A model generated the notes under the pieces. The model had not been told where the DNA came from and ran no database searches. It worked only from the letters and a program-made list of their open reading frames with translations. A DNA stretch of 64,000 bases from Nageia nagi (taxonomy: Eukaryota; Plantae; Pinophyta): the NCBI GenBank assembly GCA_050084985.1, contig JBITNC010000001.1, positions 133,858,001-133,922,000 of the forward strand. Reading direction: 5' to 3'. The position numbers were made by a program, and so were the translations under genes. Each line of letters begins with the position of its first letter. Positions within the stretch are counted from its first letter, which is position 1. Positions 1-12,900 of the stretch are shown here, in pieces.

Positions 1-2175
1 CATTTCATGCATCACATTATTCTCAACAGTACCTTCAAATCGACAGTGAGAGTGATCTCCCCTTCTGGTTACATCAGCCTACATCTTCCCTTGGATTGAG
101 GATGTTCGTAGGAAAATTTAAGGTTTGCTCACATCAATTGAGTATCAAGACAAACCATCATTTAGCTTGGGACCTGGGAGTCTTTCACCTTTGCTCACTT
201 GAAACTGTGTATGAAGACCACTTCATCTTCTGGCGTTCAATATACTATGAGATCAAAGGCAGATACCATTGCCATTTTAGAGACTGACATAGATCAATGT
301 CCACATTTTTTTAGTAACTTGATTAGCATTGCTTAGCTCTTTACCTTTGAGAGACCTTTCTCCTTTGGAAGCATCTTATGTCCAGCACTCAACATTCGAC
401 ATGCGACCGCCACATCACATCTTTTTTTCAAGCTTTCACCCCTAAGGAGGAACGTAGGAGATGGTGTGTCAATCCTCTTCTCCCTACACATCGCACTAGG
501 AGGCACCTCCAAGATCGCTCAACCCTGTTGAGAACTCAACAAATCACTTTTTTTTCCCCTATAGCAACACTACCACATATATGGTTTTCGGCAACTAGTG
601 TACTCACTAGAGACCAGGATGACACTCAATGGATCATGCTTAAATTTAGACTGCTACCTTATTTAGGGTTTAGATCATCCATTCATGGATGCATTTGTAC
701 TTGTTTTTTTTATTATTTTTATGTTTTCTTTAGTGAGAGACCTTTAGAGGTTTTCCTGGTTTGCTGACCATGCTTGTACCTAACAGTCCCATTGACAACT
801 TTTGGTCACCCAAGGGCATTAATATACTCTTTCTTTCTCCAATGCTTATTGTTGAATGTCCTTTTTATTTAGATTTGATATTTGCAGCTGTCCATTCTAA
901 CCTTTGTTCCATGAATTTGCTGAGAATCTCCTTGATATGAGTCCTTTTACCAGGTATATTGCATTTTTTCTTGTGAGGATTGGTTGCTTTTACTCCTAAT
1001 GAAACAAACTTCTTTCTTGTTATCAAACTTCCTGGGTCTCTCTCATGTGTTTTGTTTAAGAAAAAGTAGTTCACAAAATGCTTCATAAGTAAACTTTGCA
1101 TTTACATCTCCAAGTAAACTTTTCATTTACATCTTCAATTGTATTTTGTGAAATTCAAATGTAATACCAAACACCTAAGTGTCCCTTCAGAATTATTCAA
1201 AATGTCCTCGAATACTTATGAACCCTTCTTGCAGTATTTTGTACCAAATTCTTCTAGCTTCTTTGAATGTTAAGTGGCTAAAGCAAGGTAGTACTCATTT
1301 CGATCAAACTCAACAATGCCAAAACTTCTTCAACTGACAATCTATTTAATGTTCTTTCCAAAAATCTTTCATAAGCCTAAGCCTGCTAGTGTGGAGTTAA
1401 GGTTCTCTCCATACTAGCTTAATTACAAGCATAACACCTCCTCTGCTTTGATCTTATAATATTCCTTGCCCTCTGCTATGGGAATTTGCATAACTTGAGA
1501 CCCTAGTTTTCTTGGTGGAGATGGCTCAACCTCATGTTGCTCAGGCAACTGCCTAAGCTTCAAGTGGAGGAGGTGCAAAAAGGCTTTCTTTCCATCATAA
1601 ATCCAACCTTTTTCCACGGAAACAGGCTAAACACGTGATAGAACTTCCTTTCTTTCACCTGCTTTCAGTGGAAACTCGTTGCTGGTCCACCATGAACATT
1701 CCCCATTCAACAACAGTTTTCTTCGCGGTACCTTCAAACTAATTCATTTGGATGAAACTGCATCTCTCTTCATACTGAAACTCTCCACTCATGTGACATG
1801 AGAAACAAGTATCATAAGATTATAAATTTGTTAAAAATAGTTCCTGGTTTTACTTTTTCTCTAGGCTTAACTTGCTTGAAACCCATTATCATAAACGTCC
1901 ATTATTTGATCAAGAGGAATAAAAGCATTAGCATCATTTCCAAAGTCCCTGTCCTCATTAATGTCATAGCTCAAACTGCAGAGAACAAACATAAGCAGAT
2001 TCTTAGTCTAGAGTTTCCAAAAACCAGCAAGCTGCATTGTTTGCCTCAAAAATTTCTCAAGTTTTAATACAATAACATGTCTAATTTTTTTTGTAGTGAA
2101 TATCATCAAATTGATCTAATTCTCCTCGCATAGAGAAGCACTTGAAATAACAATTGAACTACAGAACACTGTAAT

Positions 2176-2808
2176 TCAGATGTATCTCCTCTAAAGAAAT
2201 CCAACCATACTACAAGAGTAATTGTATTATCCATGGTTGAACACGTTGAAGACATTAACAAAATATCCCTTCTTAAAACCTATATGCTTTCACTTTTGCT
2301 CTCAGATGTATCTCCTCTAAAGAAATCCAACCATACTACAAGAGTAATTGTATTATCCATGGTTGAACACGTTGAAGACATTAACAAAATATCCCTTCTT
2401 AAAACCTATATGCTTTCACTTTTGCTCTCAGATGTCTCTCCTCTAAAGAGATCCACCCATACTACAAGAGTAACTGTATCATCAATAGTTGAACCCGTTG
2501 AAGACATTAACAAAATATCCCTTCTTAAAACCTATATGCTTTCACTTTTGCTCTCAGATGTCTCTCCTCTAAAGAGATCCAACCATACTACAAGAGTAAC
2601 TGTATCATCAATAGTTGAACCCGTTGAAGACATTAACAAAATATCCCTTCTTAAAACCTATATGCTTTCACTTTTGCTCTCAGATGTCTCTCCTCTAAAG
2701 AAATCCAACCATACTACAAGAGTAACTGTATCATCAATAGTTGAACCCGTTGAAGACATTAACAAAATATCTCTTCTTAAAACCTATACGCTTTCACTTT
2801 TGCTCTCA
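2176..2808. repeat. Tandem repeat, 126-bp unit x5
   Basis: Units start at 2176, 2302, 2428, 2554 and 2680; near-identical, with two subtypes (units 1-2 vs 3-5). Confidence 0.97.
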
Positions 2809-2864
2809 CTTCGTTGAAAAAACTGGATCTGGGAATGACTTCTTAATGGCTTTGTAGACGCCAC

Positions 2865-3015
2865 TCAAAACTTCTCTTGTCCAAGCAGCATGCCCATGCT
2901 TGTGAAGGAGTGGGTCAAAACTTCTCACGTCCAAGCAGCATGCCCATGCATGTGAAGGAGTGGGTCAAAACTTCTAATGTCCAAGAAGCATGCCCATAAA
3001 TGTGAAGGAGTGGGT
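2865..3015. repeat. Tandem repeat, 50-bp unit x3
   Basis: tcaaaacttct..gtccaagcagcatgcccatg..tgtgaaggagtggg at 2865, 2915 and 2965. Confidence 0.93.
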
Positions 3016-3675
3016 ATCATTTTCCATATGTGATCAACTATGTCCCACATGAAATTCAAGTACTCTATGTATACAAAATTATCCCCTTCAACAATCTGAA
3101 GTATTTCAACCATTATTAGGTTACAAATCCAATTAATTGCACTTTCCAAGACCCACTGCCTATGATGATTGTTTCCACGCTCTTCCTTTTGAAACCTTTT
3201 CCAAAAGAATAACTCTCCAGTTTTATTGATCTCATTTCAGTGTTCTATTATTTTTTGTACAAACATCAGTTCTCAAAGCATATTTTAATTGATCTCATTT
3301 CGGTGTTCTATTATTTGCCCCAAAATATTTTAAGTGATCAAGTATGTTAGGTTGATATGCATCATGCACCTGATAATTCAAAGGGTTGAGAACTTCAACC
3401 AAAAAAATTAAAGAACTACCTCTGAACCTACATTTACATATTATTTACTGAATATGTAATCACATGCTTTTATATTTTTGAACCTGTTTTGCAACAGAGT
3501 AGATAGGTTTATAATTTCTACATCTGAACACGGTACAAATGTCTCACACATTGTGTAAATTTTAGGGTATCTAAGCATCAAATATCATCTAAACAAGAAA
3601 AATTCGAGGTAACATGACCTGCACTTGTTGACTCAAACCCTAAATATGTTCTCATTTTGATTTACTATGTCTTAC

Positions 3676-3702
3676 TTTCTCATGAATTCCAGTGCGTCTC
3701 AG
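3676..3702 (-). CDS. Possible 27-bp UVR8 micro-exon (LRRTGIHEK)
   Basis: ttcttag acceptor, gtaaga donor, phase-compatible with the preceding exon; no recognisable homology. Confidence 0.25.
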
Positions 3703-3886
3703 CTAAGAATGTGAAAATCTAGATGGCATGACAATTGCTAGCATATTTCCATGCTCAAGGGTGATTATCCTAATATATTTAATTTTATCTTTTAGGATTT
3801 TTTTTTCTTAGTGTAACTTTCCAATTAACAATTAATTATTGCTGAATAGAGAACTATAAACGTAAAATGCAGGAAAATATACTCAC

Positions 3887-3939
3887 AGATTCATCTGGGA
3901 CAAGTGCATATCTCTCTGATGGCGATATCCAATTTGAGC
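3887..3939 (-). CDS. UVR8: UVR8 exon (53 bp): (G)SNWISPSERYALVPDES, C27 region with the COP1/RUP-binding VP motif
   Basis: aag acceptor, gtgagt donor; matches UVR8 KSWVSPAERYAVVPDET. Confidence 0.9.
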
Positions 3940-6900
3940 CTTACCAATAAATAAATGTTCAAACACACAAGAAAAGGCAATCGTTATAATGCAATCTTAC
4001 AATTCTGAAAAATTAAATTCAAATTGTAGAAAATCAGATTATTTTAGTAGTGGCATATATTTACAGCATCAAGTCCATGATATGAGACAAACCTGATAGA
4101 ACTGTTTCTTTAGATGCTTGAATTTCAGTGCATGCTGAGCCATCCGCACTTAATGCCTCGACAAGTTTAGGAATATTTCTGTATATTTGTTGGCATACAT
4201 AGAACTAGAATGAGATAAATGTTCCTGGAAATGAAACTGAAAGGATGCACACATGCATGTTCAAAGAAAATGCATAAAGCATATAATTACAGTGAAATTT
4301 GTATTTAATCACCAAGGAATAATGCTTTTTAGCAGTCAATGGTTATTAAGTAAGATAATTTTTCGTGTAAAGAACAAACCACAAAACACAGAAAATGTGC
4401 AAGATTACAGTAAACCCTAGTTCTGATTTTTACACAGAAAAATTGCAGTGAAACTGATTTTATTCCAACAAAACATGCAGAACAGTTCTGATCTACTCAA
4501 GAGTATAAATGAAACTGAAATACAGAAAACTTCACCACAAAATACATCAGATTTGGCCCATAAGGCTGATGTTCTTGGCTAGAAACGGCCAAGTTATGAT
4601 TTTGATGTCTGCAAATATATTCCAACAGTGCCAAAGGTTGGAAAATGGCTCTCCACAGCCTAATATGTGTTCAAACAGCTGTAATACCCTCTTTAAGGCT
4701 GGACATCCCACCTTGAGGGTGAGGATTCTTCCGATCAAGCTCAAAAATGTCTTCAAACCTTCCAAATTCTTCCGATCTGAGTGCAAGTGTATGATGTCTC
4801 TCCACAATGAAGCATAGATTTCAGGATTCAACCCAAAGGAAATAAGCTCAGATTTCCCTAAGCCTCTAGAAGATTTGAGCCTCCTATGGTTTCCCTCTCT
4901 TGTAGGATTGCCAATCTACAAGAGGAATAGAATATTGCCAAGCCACAGCAACTCAAAGAGAATATTGCCAAGCCAAGATAGAAAATATCAATATCATCCA
5001 AGCATATGTGCACGTGACGGATGAGGATTTGCTCTCACAAGTTTGGAAGAGATCTTGTAATGCCATGTGGCACCTTATTATTGGACCACATTTATTTTTC
5101 TTGGAACACATAATTAAGATGATGATTGCACCATGATCGCGACTCGGTCTTCGAAGTCCTCATCCAAGAACTTGGCTATCATCTTCGAACCACAAACCAT
5201 CTTTGAGGTCCTTGCCAGAAATTGGACGTGGGGGTGAGGGTATCCTCCTGGGACTGGTGCATGCCTAGAAAAAACAAGATTCTATCTTTTTAAAACATGT
5301 GCTTAACTATGAGCTTCATGTCCTTTGCACTCTTGTCGTCTTGGCTCTCCAACTACTTTGCTTTGACCTTGCATCACCTGGATTTGTCTTTTCAGGGCCC
5401 AAACTTGTCAAATTTCATCATCAAGTGCATCCAAGACTCCTCCCAAGCCAGGCATGCATTTCAAAAAGACAAGATTTTGTCTTTTGAAACGGTTAGCTCA
5501 GCTTACCAGTTGAACAAGCTGGTGCGCATGTTTCAAAAAGACAAGATTTTGTCTTTTTAAACGGTGTACCCAACTTGTTAGTTGAGCCAGTTGGGGTGCA
5601 CATCTCAAAAAATCAAGAATTTGTCTTTTGAAATTGTGCACCCAACCTTCCAATCATGCTTGATTCGGACACTAGCTTAAAAGTTTTATATCTTAGCCAA
5701 TTTTCACCATCGAATCAAAAAAGGCATCTTGTTGCCTTAGGAGCATGCTACAGAAAGACAAGATTTTGTCTTTTGAAATGTTGCTCCTAACTCTCCAGCC
5801 ATGCCAACTTGAGCACATGTTCCAGAAAGACAAGATTTTGTAGCTTTGAGGCATTTATTAGGTTGCTCTTGCCTAGTTTGTCCTATTTCGGGGCCTTAGC
5901 AAGTGGATCTTAGCCAAATTTTCACATTTTCCTATAATTGGTGTCTCCCTAGGTTCAAAGCATGCTACAGGAAGAATATATTGTGTCTTTTGAAATGATG
6001 TTCCTACTCTCTTGATCATGCCTAAGTTGGATGCTAGTTTGAGGAGTCTGTGCCTTAGCCAAATTTCCTCATGAGATCGGACTAGATGCCTCTTTGTCAT
6101 GAGCGCATGCCCCCAAAAGACAAGATTTTTTCTTTTTGAGGCATGCGCTTGCCTCCTAGGTACTTGGACTCCACTTTCTCATCTTCAAACTCGACTTGTG
6201 GGGCCTTCCAACTTGAGCGCATGCTCCCAAAAAGCAAGATTGTCTTTTTGAGGCATGCACCTGGCTTGAAGTGCCCCTAGATTGCCTTCTTCATCCTTCG
6301 TTCCAATCCAGACTATCCTCAAACCTAAGCGCATGCCCCAAAAAGACAAGATTTTGTCTTTTGGAGGCATGCACTGGGCTTAAGAGTGGCCCAATTTTGC
6401 CTTTCTTAAACTCGAATCTCATTTGGACAGCCCTTAAACCCGAGCCCAGTCTCAATTGATTTGGCTTGGTTTCCCTAATTTGCCTAAGGTCAATTTTTTG
6501 TTTTCCAGACTTAGTCATATTTTGGGATTTCAGATTTTGACTTGACATGCCTAAGACTAGGCAAATGATAATACTTAAGCTTGGGACAAAAAGGTATGAT
6601 AACCAAGTCATACAAAGCCTCTCGAGTTGAATGAGACAAAAACATGACACTGTGTAGACATGAGTTGCTCAGGGTCCCCAAAATCGCAAGATTCTGGGGC
6701 GTGTTGTGTTAGTCACAAGTTACGAATGCCAAAAACGTGTATAATGAAAAAAAGCATTTAATAGTGCCTTATCTTTGCCACAAAACTCTCCTAACTTCAC
6801 AACTAACTCCACCAACACATATACTAACAATAAGACTTGCAAAAACACACCAACTAACTCAACTTAGCCACATATTGACAATAAAATATGCCAAAATACT

Positions 6901-9900
6901 CCTAACTTATTCCAGAGGGTGGACATCCCTCTCCTAGAGACTCACAACAACCACAAAACATGAAAAGTACAATATTTACAAAGCTGGAAAATAATTGGGA
7001 CATTACATTTCGCACTCAAAATGTTTCGTGTACTCTATTGGTCATTAGCATTTTGAGCTTATTTTGGTCAAATGACCTTTTTAAATCTCCCAAATGTCCA
7101 AGAATGTATTTCATTTTATGCTTCCCAATATTTCAAGGTTATAAAGTATCAGACAATGATAGGGTGTGTTAGGATGAGTTTCTAGAACAGTAGAGATGGG
7201 AAGACAAATTCTTTGGTCAAATAATACATTAAAACTTCCAAAGACATGACCACAAATACAAAATAAAAACATGTAGAGGTTCATATAAAATTTAGCACCA
7301 AGCATGGAATGCAAATTATTTAACTTTCATCACAAAGTATTCACGCACATAGAGATCACTGAGTATATTTGTTAATTAAAGAATCATATTAGAATAAGAT
7401 TGATGATAATTATAAATCTTTGGGTTTGAGTAAGCTGACAGTTATTAGTTTCAGGCTTTCAGCTAATGATATTCTGAATGCTTTAAACGAATGCTGAATT
7501 TGTGCTTTACTGTAGTCCATATCAACTCCAATCTAGTATACTTGGGATCAATCAGGGGATAAATGGCCTAAGCTTCCTATGTAATTAATAAAATTTCTTT
7601 CTGTCTTTCCTGTCATGGATTTTTGTTAAGTGTTTGTGCCTATCTTTTATTGGCAATCCGTGTTATTCATGAAAAATATAATTTTTTGTAATTTCTAGTT
7701 CTTTTTCATTTCTTAGCAATTAGCAAAAATAATAAAATAAAATAAAAACTTGGGAAAAAAAAATATTTTGTTTTGAACAGATAATCATAATACTGATACT
7801 AGTTTGTTCTTTCTAATGGAAAACGATATTCAAAACTTGGGATGTTCATATATTTTGCTTAATTTTGTTCATATTTTTTCTACATAAGGGACATTAGGGC
7901 TATCAACCTTTTATTTGGCAGCTTTTACAGATTCGATGTTCAGTTTCAACTTTCAATATACTCAACACACATAAAAAGATAAGGTTCAGACGAAGCCCAA
8001 ACTGTATTTTCGTAAAAACCACTAACTGTAATGTAGCAAACATGAAAGATGGCATCACCTGTCAGTAGCGTCTGCATGCCCTAACTGGCCACTTGTACCC
8101 TTTCCCCAAGAGAATACATTATGCCTGTCTGTAACTGCAGTTGTATGTCTCCATCCACAGGATACCTGAACAACTTTCTGCCAATTATATAGCAAATGTT
8201 AGCTTTGAAAAAACGAATACAGAGCAGACACCAACATAATTTCAAAAGTAACATTGAATACAATAAAAATTGTAAATACGTAACATTAACAACCATTTAG
8301 CTGAATAAAACTTAATGGCGCATACATTATTTTGTTAAAAATAGTAAGTACATGATAGGAAACATGCCTCTCGAACAGGAAGCTTAACCAGCAATGGACT
8401 AGAATGATCATTGTTATCCCCAACACCAACTTGGCCAAACTGCAAGGTAAAAAAGAATTAAAAGCTTATTTCTGTTTCATACAAATTGGAAGTCAATGCT
8501 TCTCCAGTCAATGAAAAGTCTAAAAAAAATGCTGGGAAAAAGAATGAGAATAATAACCAATGATTTATATCACTCAACCAGTATCATACTCCAAGCGTAA
8601 AGCAAAGAACATATGCAATGAACAATACAAAACTCCAAGCCAATGGGGCACTAGTTGACCCATTGGATTATTAAGGTGTTTAGACATCAACCAACATTTA
8701 AATCCCAGTTGTGCCTTATAGCAAGGATGCTGACACTTTGTGAGGACATCATGGATGATGCTGAAGAGGCATGGTGACATGGCAGTTGAGAGCTGTTGTG
8801 AATTGTACTACCTAAGCAGGTCAGGTGAGCACCTGGATATTGCCAAATTCACATTGACCAATCATGAAAAAAAGAAATACTAAACTCCAAAAAAATATAG
8901 CACTCAAAATGAAGAAGAAATAATGTCCAATAAATGAGCAATTACAAACAATACATAATGTCTGTCACAAATGATGCAAGTAATGCCTTTCCAGGGATTA
9001 AATGATCTTTAAAATAGAGAGGCGCTTACCCCAGATAGTCACTTCAAAGGTCAACGTCAATCACACAGGTAACATGTCTTTCAAAAAGAAAACAATATAC
9101 AATTTTCATATGCATGAGGTAAAATAATGACTTTCGCATTTTCTTACAAATAACTGAATATCAATGATTGACCATCATAAGGCATCAGTGCAATACTCTC
9201 TAATTTGACATCCACTGGCCTAGGGGCACTAGAAAAGGTGAATGCCAACAACAATCCATGCATAAGACGTTAGAATGCCATACCTGTCACATTGACATCC
9301 ACCTCTGCATTGACCTTTGTTTGAAAGGATAATTGTTAACTTTAGTTCCAACAACCTGCAATTTGGCTGCATTAACCAAGGAAAAATCTTTGTTTTGGAA
9401 GAATTCTATAGAAGTCACCTTGACTGTCTGACTGCAGATTCTGCTGGATTGACTGCAGCATTCTGTTGCTAGGTCACCAAGACTGCATCAAGGTGCACAT
9501 TCAAAGATATTGCATGTGTGTCAGGGCCCACATAGTCAGTCTAAGCATCCATGAGGAGTAAGCTGACCCACCTATATGGGTGAGGAAGAGACACAATGTG
9601 GATTGGGCATCCACAATTCTAAACATTAAGGGTATGAGAGGTGCTTGGATAAGTTTCAAAGGTAATGGACACCAAAAAAGACAAAGTATGAGTACACAAG
9701 GATCCAGTATCAGTGAGAGACAAAGGCAAAAGGCTAGGTTAACCTAGAGGAGCAACTGACAAATGTAGCACAGTCCAAGATAATGCAACACAAGTTGCAC
9801 AAAGGAGAGTATCCTATTCAGCATGATTAGGATAATGTTGCCTGCCAAAACTTATTATAAATGACCCGAATGTGGCAGAGTCATCTCCGTCAACTTATTA

Positions 9901-12900
9901 TAATGAGTCTGTTCAAAATGAGGCAGAGTCATCTACGTCAGTCCCTTAAATAGTCATTGCAATTAACGGACGTGACTCTGCCTCATTTTGAGAAGACTCA
10001 CTAGTTAATTTTGGGAAGTACCAGAAAAATTCAGAAGTCATGGATACCAGCTGGATGGGAGCTATTGCATAAAAAATGCAACAATTCTAATTTTATTTTG
10101 TTTTGCATAATTTACCTATTTTGGACTTCAAATTTTATAATTTTTTCTTAAATCCTTGTGATGGATGAGGATTTGCTCCCACAAGTGCTAGACTCAATCT
10201 TGTATTGCCATGTGGTGTGTTTTTATTGAACTACTAGCAATTAGGTTTTATTTTAAGTAATTTTATTTAAATTTGCATTAAGGTTAGGACAACACTTAGG
10301 GTTGTCATCCAAAACTATTTATAGCCCTTGAGGGCACATTTGTGAGGAAGATGACCATTCGCTCAAGAGGAGTTGTTATGAAATTTGTTACAACTTTAAT
10401 ACTCTCTTGTATGTGAATGTGATGCATGAGTTAAACAAATCAAGGCTTGTCTCCACTTAATGGGATTATGAGTTTGAGCACTTGTGCTTGCTGTTTGATT
10501 GTAATTGTTACATGACTTGTGTACATTTCTCGCAAGTGTAGGCTTGTTAGAAATATGGTTGAATATCTTATGAAGTGGTGTAATTGCTATATGATGAACA
10601 TTACTCACTTTTTCGCATTAAGATGAATAAATGTTGGTGAAATTCTTCCTATGTAATTTGGTTTGATGTGCCACTCATGTTATTGTTCCTTTGCAACACT
10701 GCCATAGGCTCCTACTTGTTTGCAATTTGGACTTAGTCATTTGTAGCAAGGTGGGATAAGTGAGTGTTGCACTTCATAATAAACCCGGTAGGAAGGTGCT
10801 CCAACCCTAGGTTCATCAGTGGGCTTGTCATTGAATGTACCCTCCCATGAGCCATCATCCCCATTTTACATTTTTCTTTGCTTTTCCTTTGTTTTTTTTA
10901 CTTTCTTTACCATCAAAAGTCTATACTCTCAATAGGTGTAAGATAACTCTAGTGCCTATAGTAAACGTGGTTAACAATTGCTACCTCTATACTCCCACTG
11001 TGTATTCCAAGTATAGCTATTGTCATAGTCGCACAACACCTCTCATGATGCTAGAAACCTTGGGGTAATCAGTCCTTTCAAGTGGGGGTTAGTAACGCAA
11101 CCTCACTTACATGTTAAATGTCCTTTTCACAATTATCGCCTAGGCGGTCTTCGTAAGTGGAAAGAAAAACACCCCAACAGGTTATTGATTTTCTATGTTT
11201 TCAAGGTGAAAGTCATCTTGCAATATTCCTTATGCCATCAAGACATTTGAACATCACATGCTTTGTGATGCGGTTATTCTAGATGTTTTTGATGTCGTGC
11301 TTCTTACATATGGGAGAGGATTTGGAATCTATCAAGAGAGGCCTTGTTGTATCATCTCAAAGGCTCAAACTGGAACAACAGAGTCTAAACTGATGGAATT
11401 AGACAATGTTTTCCTCAACACATTCAAGACTCTTATGCATCAACAATATGAATCTTATCAGCTTCAATGATGATGGTGGAAGACTTATTATTGTATCTTT
11501 TGTAACCTACATAATAGTAGTAATGGACCTCATATCATTAAAGCCCATAAAAAAATAATAGGAGTAATGGGCTCACTATTTTAATCAACTTCAATCAGAG
11601 TTTTCCAATTGCATCTGCTTATATAAAAAACACAAGGAGAATTGGATCTGAAAGGACCCTTAATTCAAAATTAATTCTTTATTGCCCAATTCATATAGTT
11701 CAACATTAGATAATAAACACATATTATTCATTCTACTTGCACATAATGTAGACCACAAGTTGGTTTATAAAAAGCTGTCTTTGCCAACACAAACGTTATG
11801 TGGGACAATGCTTGTTAATTACCAACTTTGAGAAGAAGCTTGGTGGATGAACCAATGGTGCATGAGGCTGTCAAAGATGAGATTGTGACCAATGGATTGA
11901 TTGATAACTACACTTAAGCCAGCCTGATCATGTTTTGGAGTGTGACAGGCCTGCAATTTCTTGGTTTGCGGTGATGGCAACTTGAAATGTTATTTTTTGA
12001 TGTATAATGGCTAACTTAAGGAGAAAACATGTTCAATCCAACACCACACTATTCCAGTTTTTCCTGTTCCTTTTTCCTTAATGTTTCTACAAATATACAC
12101 CAATGCCTTTCCGTTTTCAAAACCTGAAGCATTTAATCTGGTAGGTGCTCATAGGATTGCACCTAGAACCCAAAAAAAACAAAAATCTCAAAGACGTGAT
12201 ACAAACTTGTTCGATGGCAATGAGCACCACAAAGACAGTTTCCTGTGGAGTTGATGGATGTTTAAGGCACTAAGGACCTGGTGGACATTCTATTGCAGTC
12301 AGTTATAGGAGCATGAGCTCTAACTTGATGCGCTCATGTCTTGGAGGACATCATGATCCTTGCTGGGTGCCAAAGAATCATTTCAAAATGAATCAATAAG
12401 AGGAATGTCATATCTAATCCAACAAACTCACCATGCCGGTCTTCTCTTGATTTCTTCGCTCTCATTGAATACAAGGAAGAAAGATGGCTCTCTTTCTCTC
12501 AACAGCAAGGTGGTTGGTGGCTGGAGCTTCAATGCTCCTCTTCCCCTATTGGATGCAATGGCACTCTTCACATCTCTTCCCAAATTGTAGTCTAATACCA
12601 TTTTGAAAAAACGGTGACTTGCACTTGAGCACTTAGATTATTATGATCATAATGTTTATATAGTATAATAATATGGTTGAGGTGGATATGTATCAACAAT
12701 AACCAAGCCATAACACTTATAACCATAGTATACAAATTCTCCAAATAAACGTCTATTTGATGTTTGTTTGTATTTTTTCCCCTCACTGTACACCCGTTTA
12801 AATGTTATGTTCCTTTTTTTAAATATTCCTCTTTGTGCTTTTTGTATTTTTTTTTCCATTTTTATAAATTTCGCTTGGGGCCGTTTTTTCTCCAAACCCG

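Noticed and set aside
1-1620. Coding-like decayed sequence, possibly a LINE or other TE
   Set aside because: No diagnostic motif could be read with confidence.
2233-2817. 194-aa repetitive ORF
   Set aside because: By-product of a 126-bp tandem repeat, antisense to UVR8, with no recognisable domain.
5297-6460. Short ORFs with recurring QKDKILSF/KRQNLVF peptides (also 16100-16515 and 50859-51810)
   Set aside because: Translations of the DNA palindrome in several frames and on both strands; not a protein repeat.
10157-11179. Independent ~1-kb LTR starting at the conserved tgtgatggatgagg motif
   Set aside because: No TSD (atcct vs ggtta), and homology continues upstream of the motif in other copies, so the motif is internal to the larger unit.
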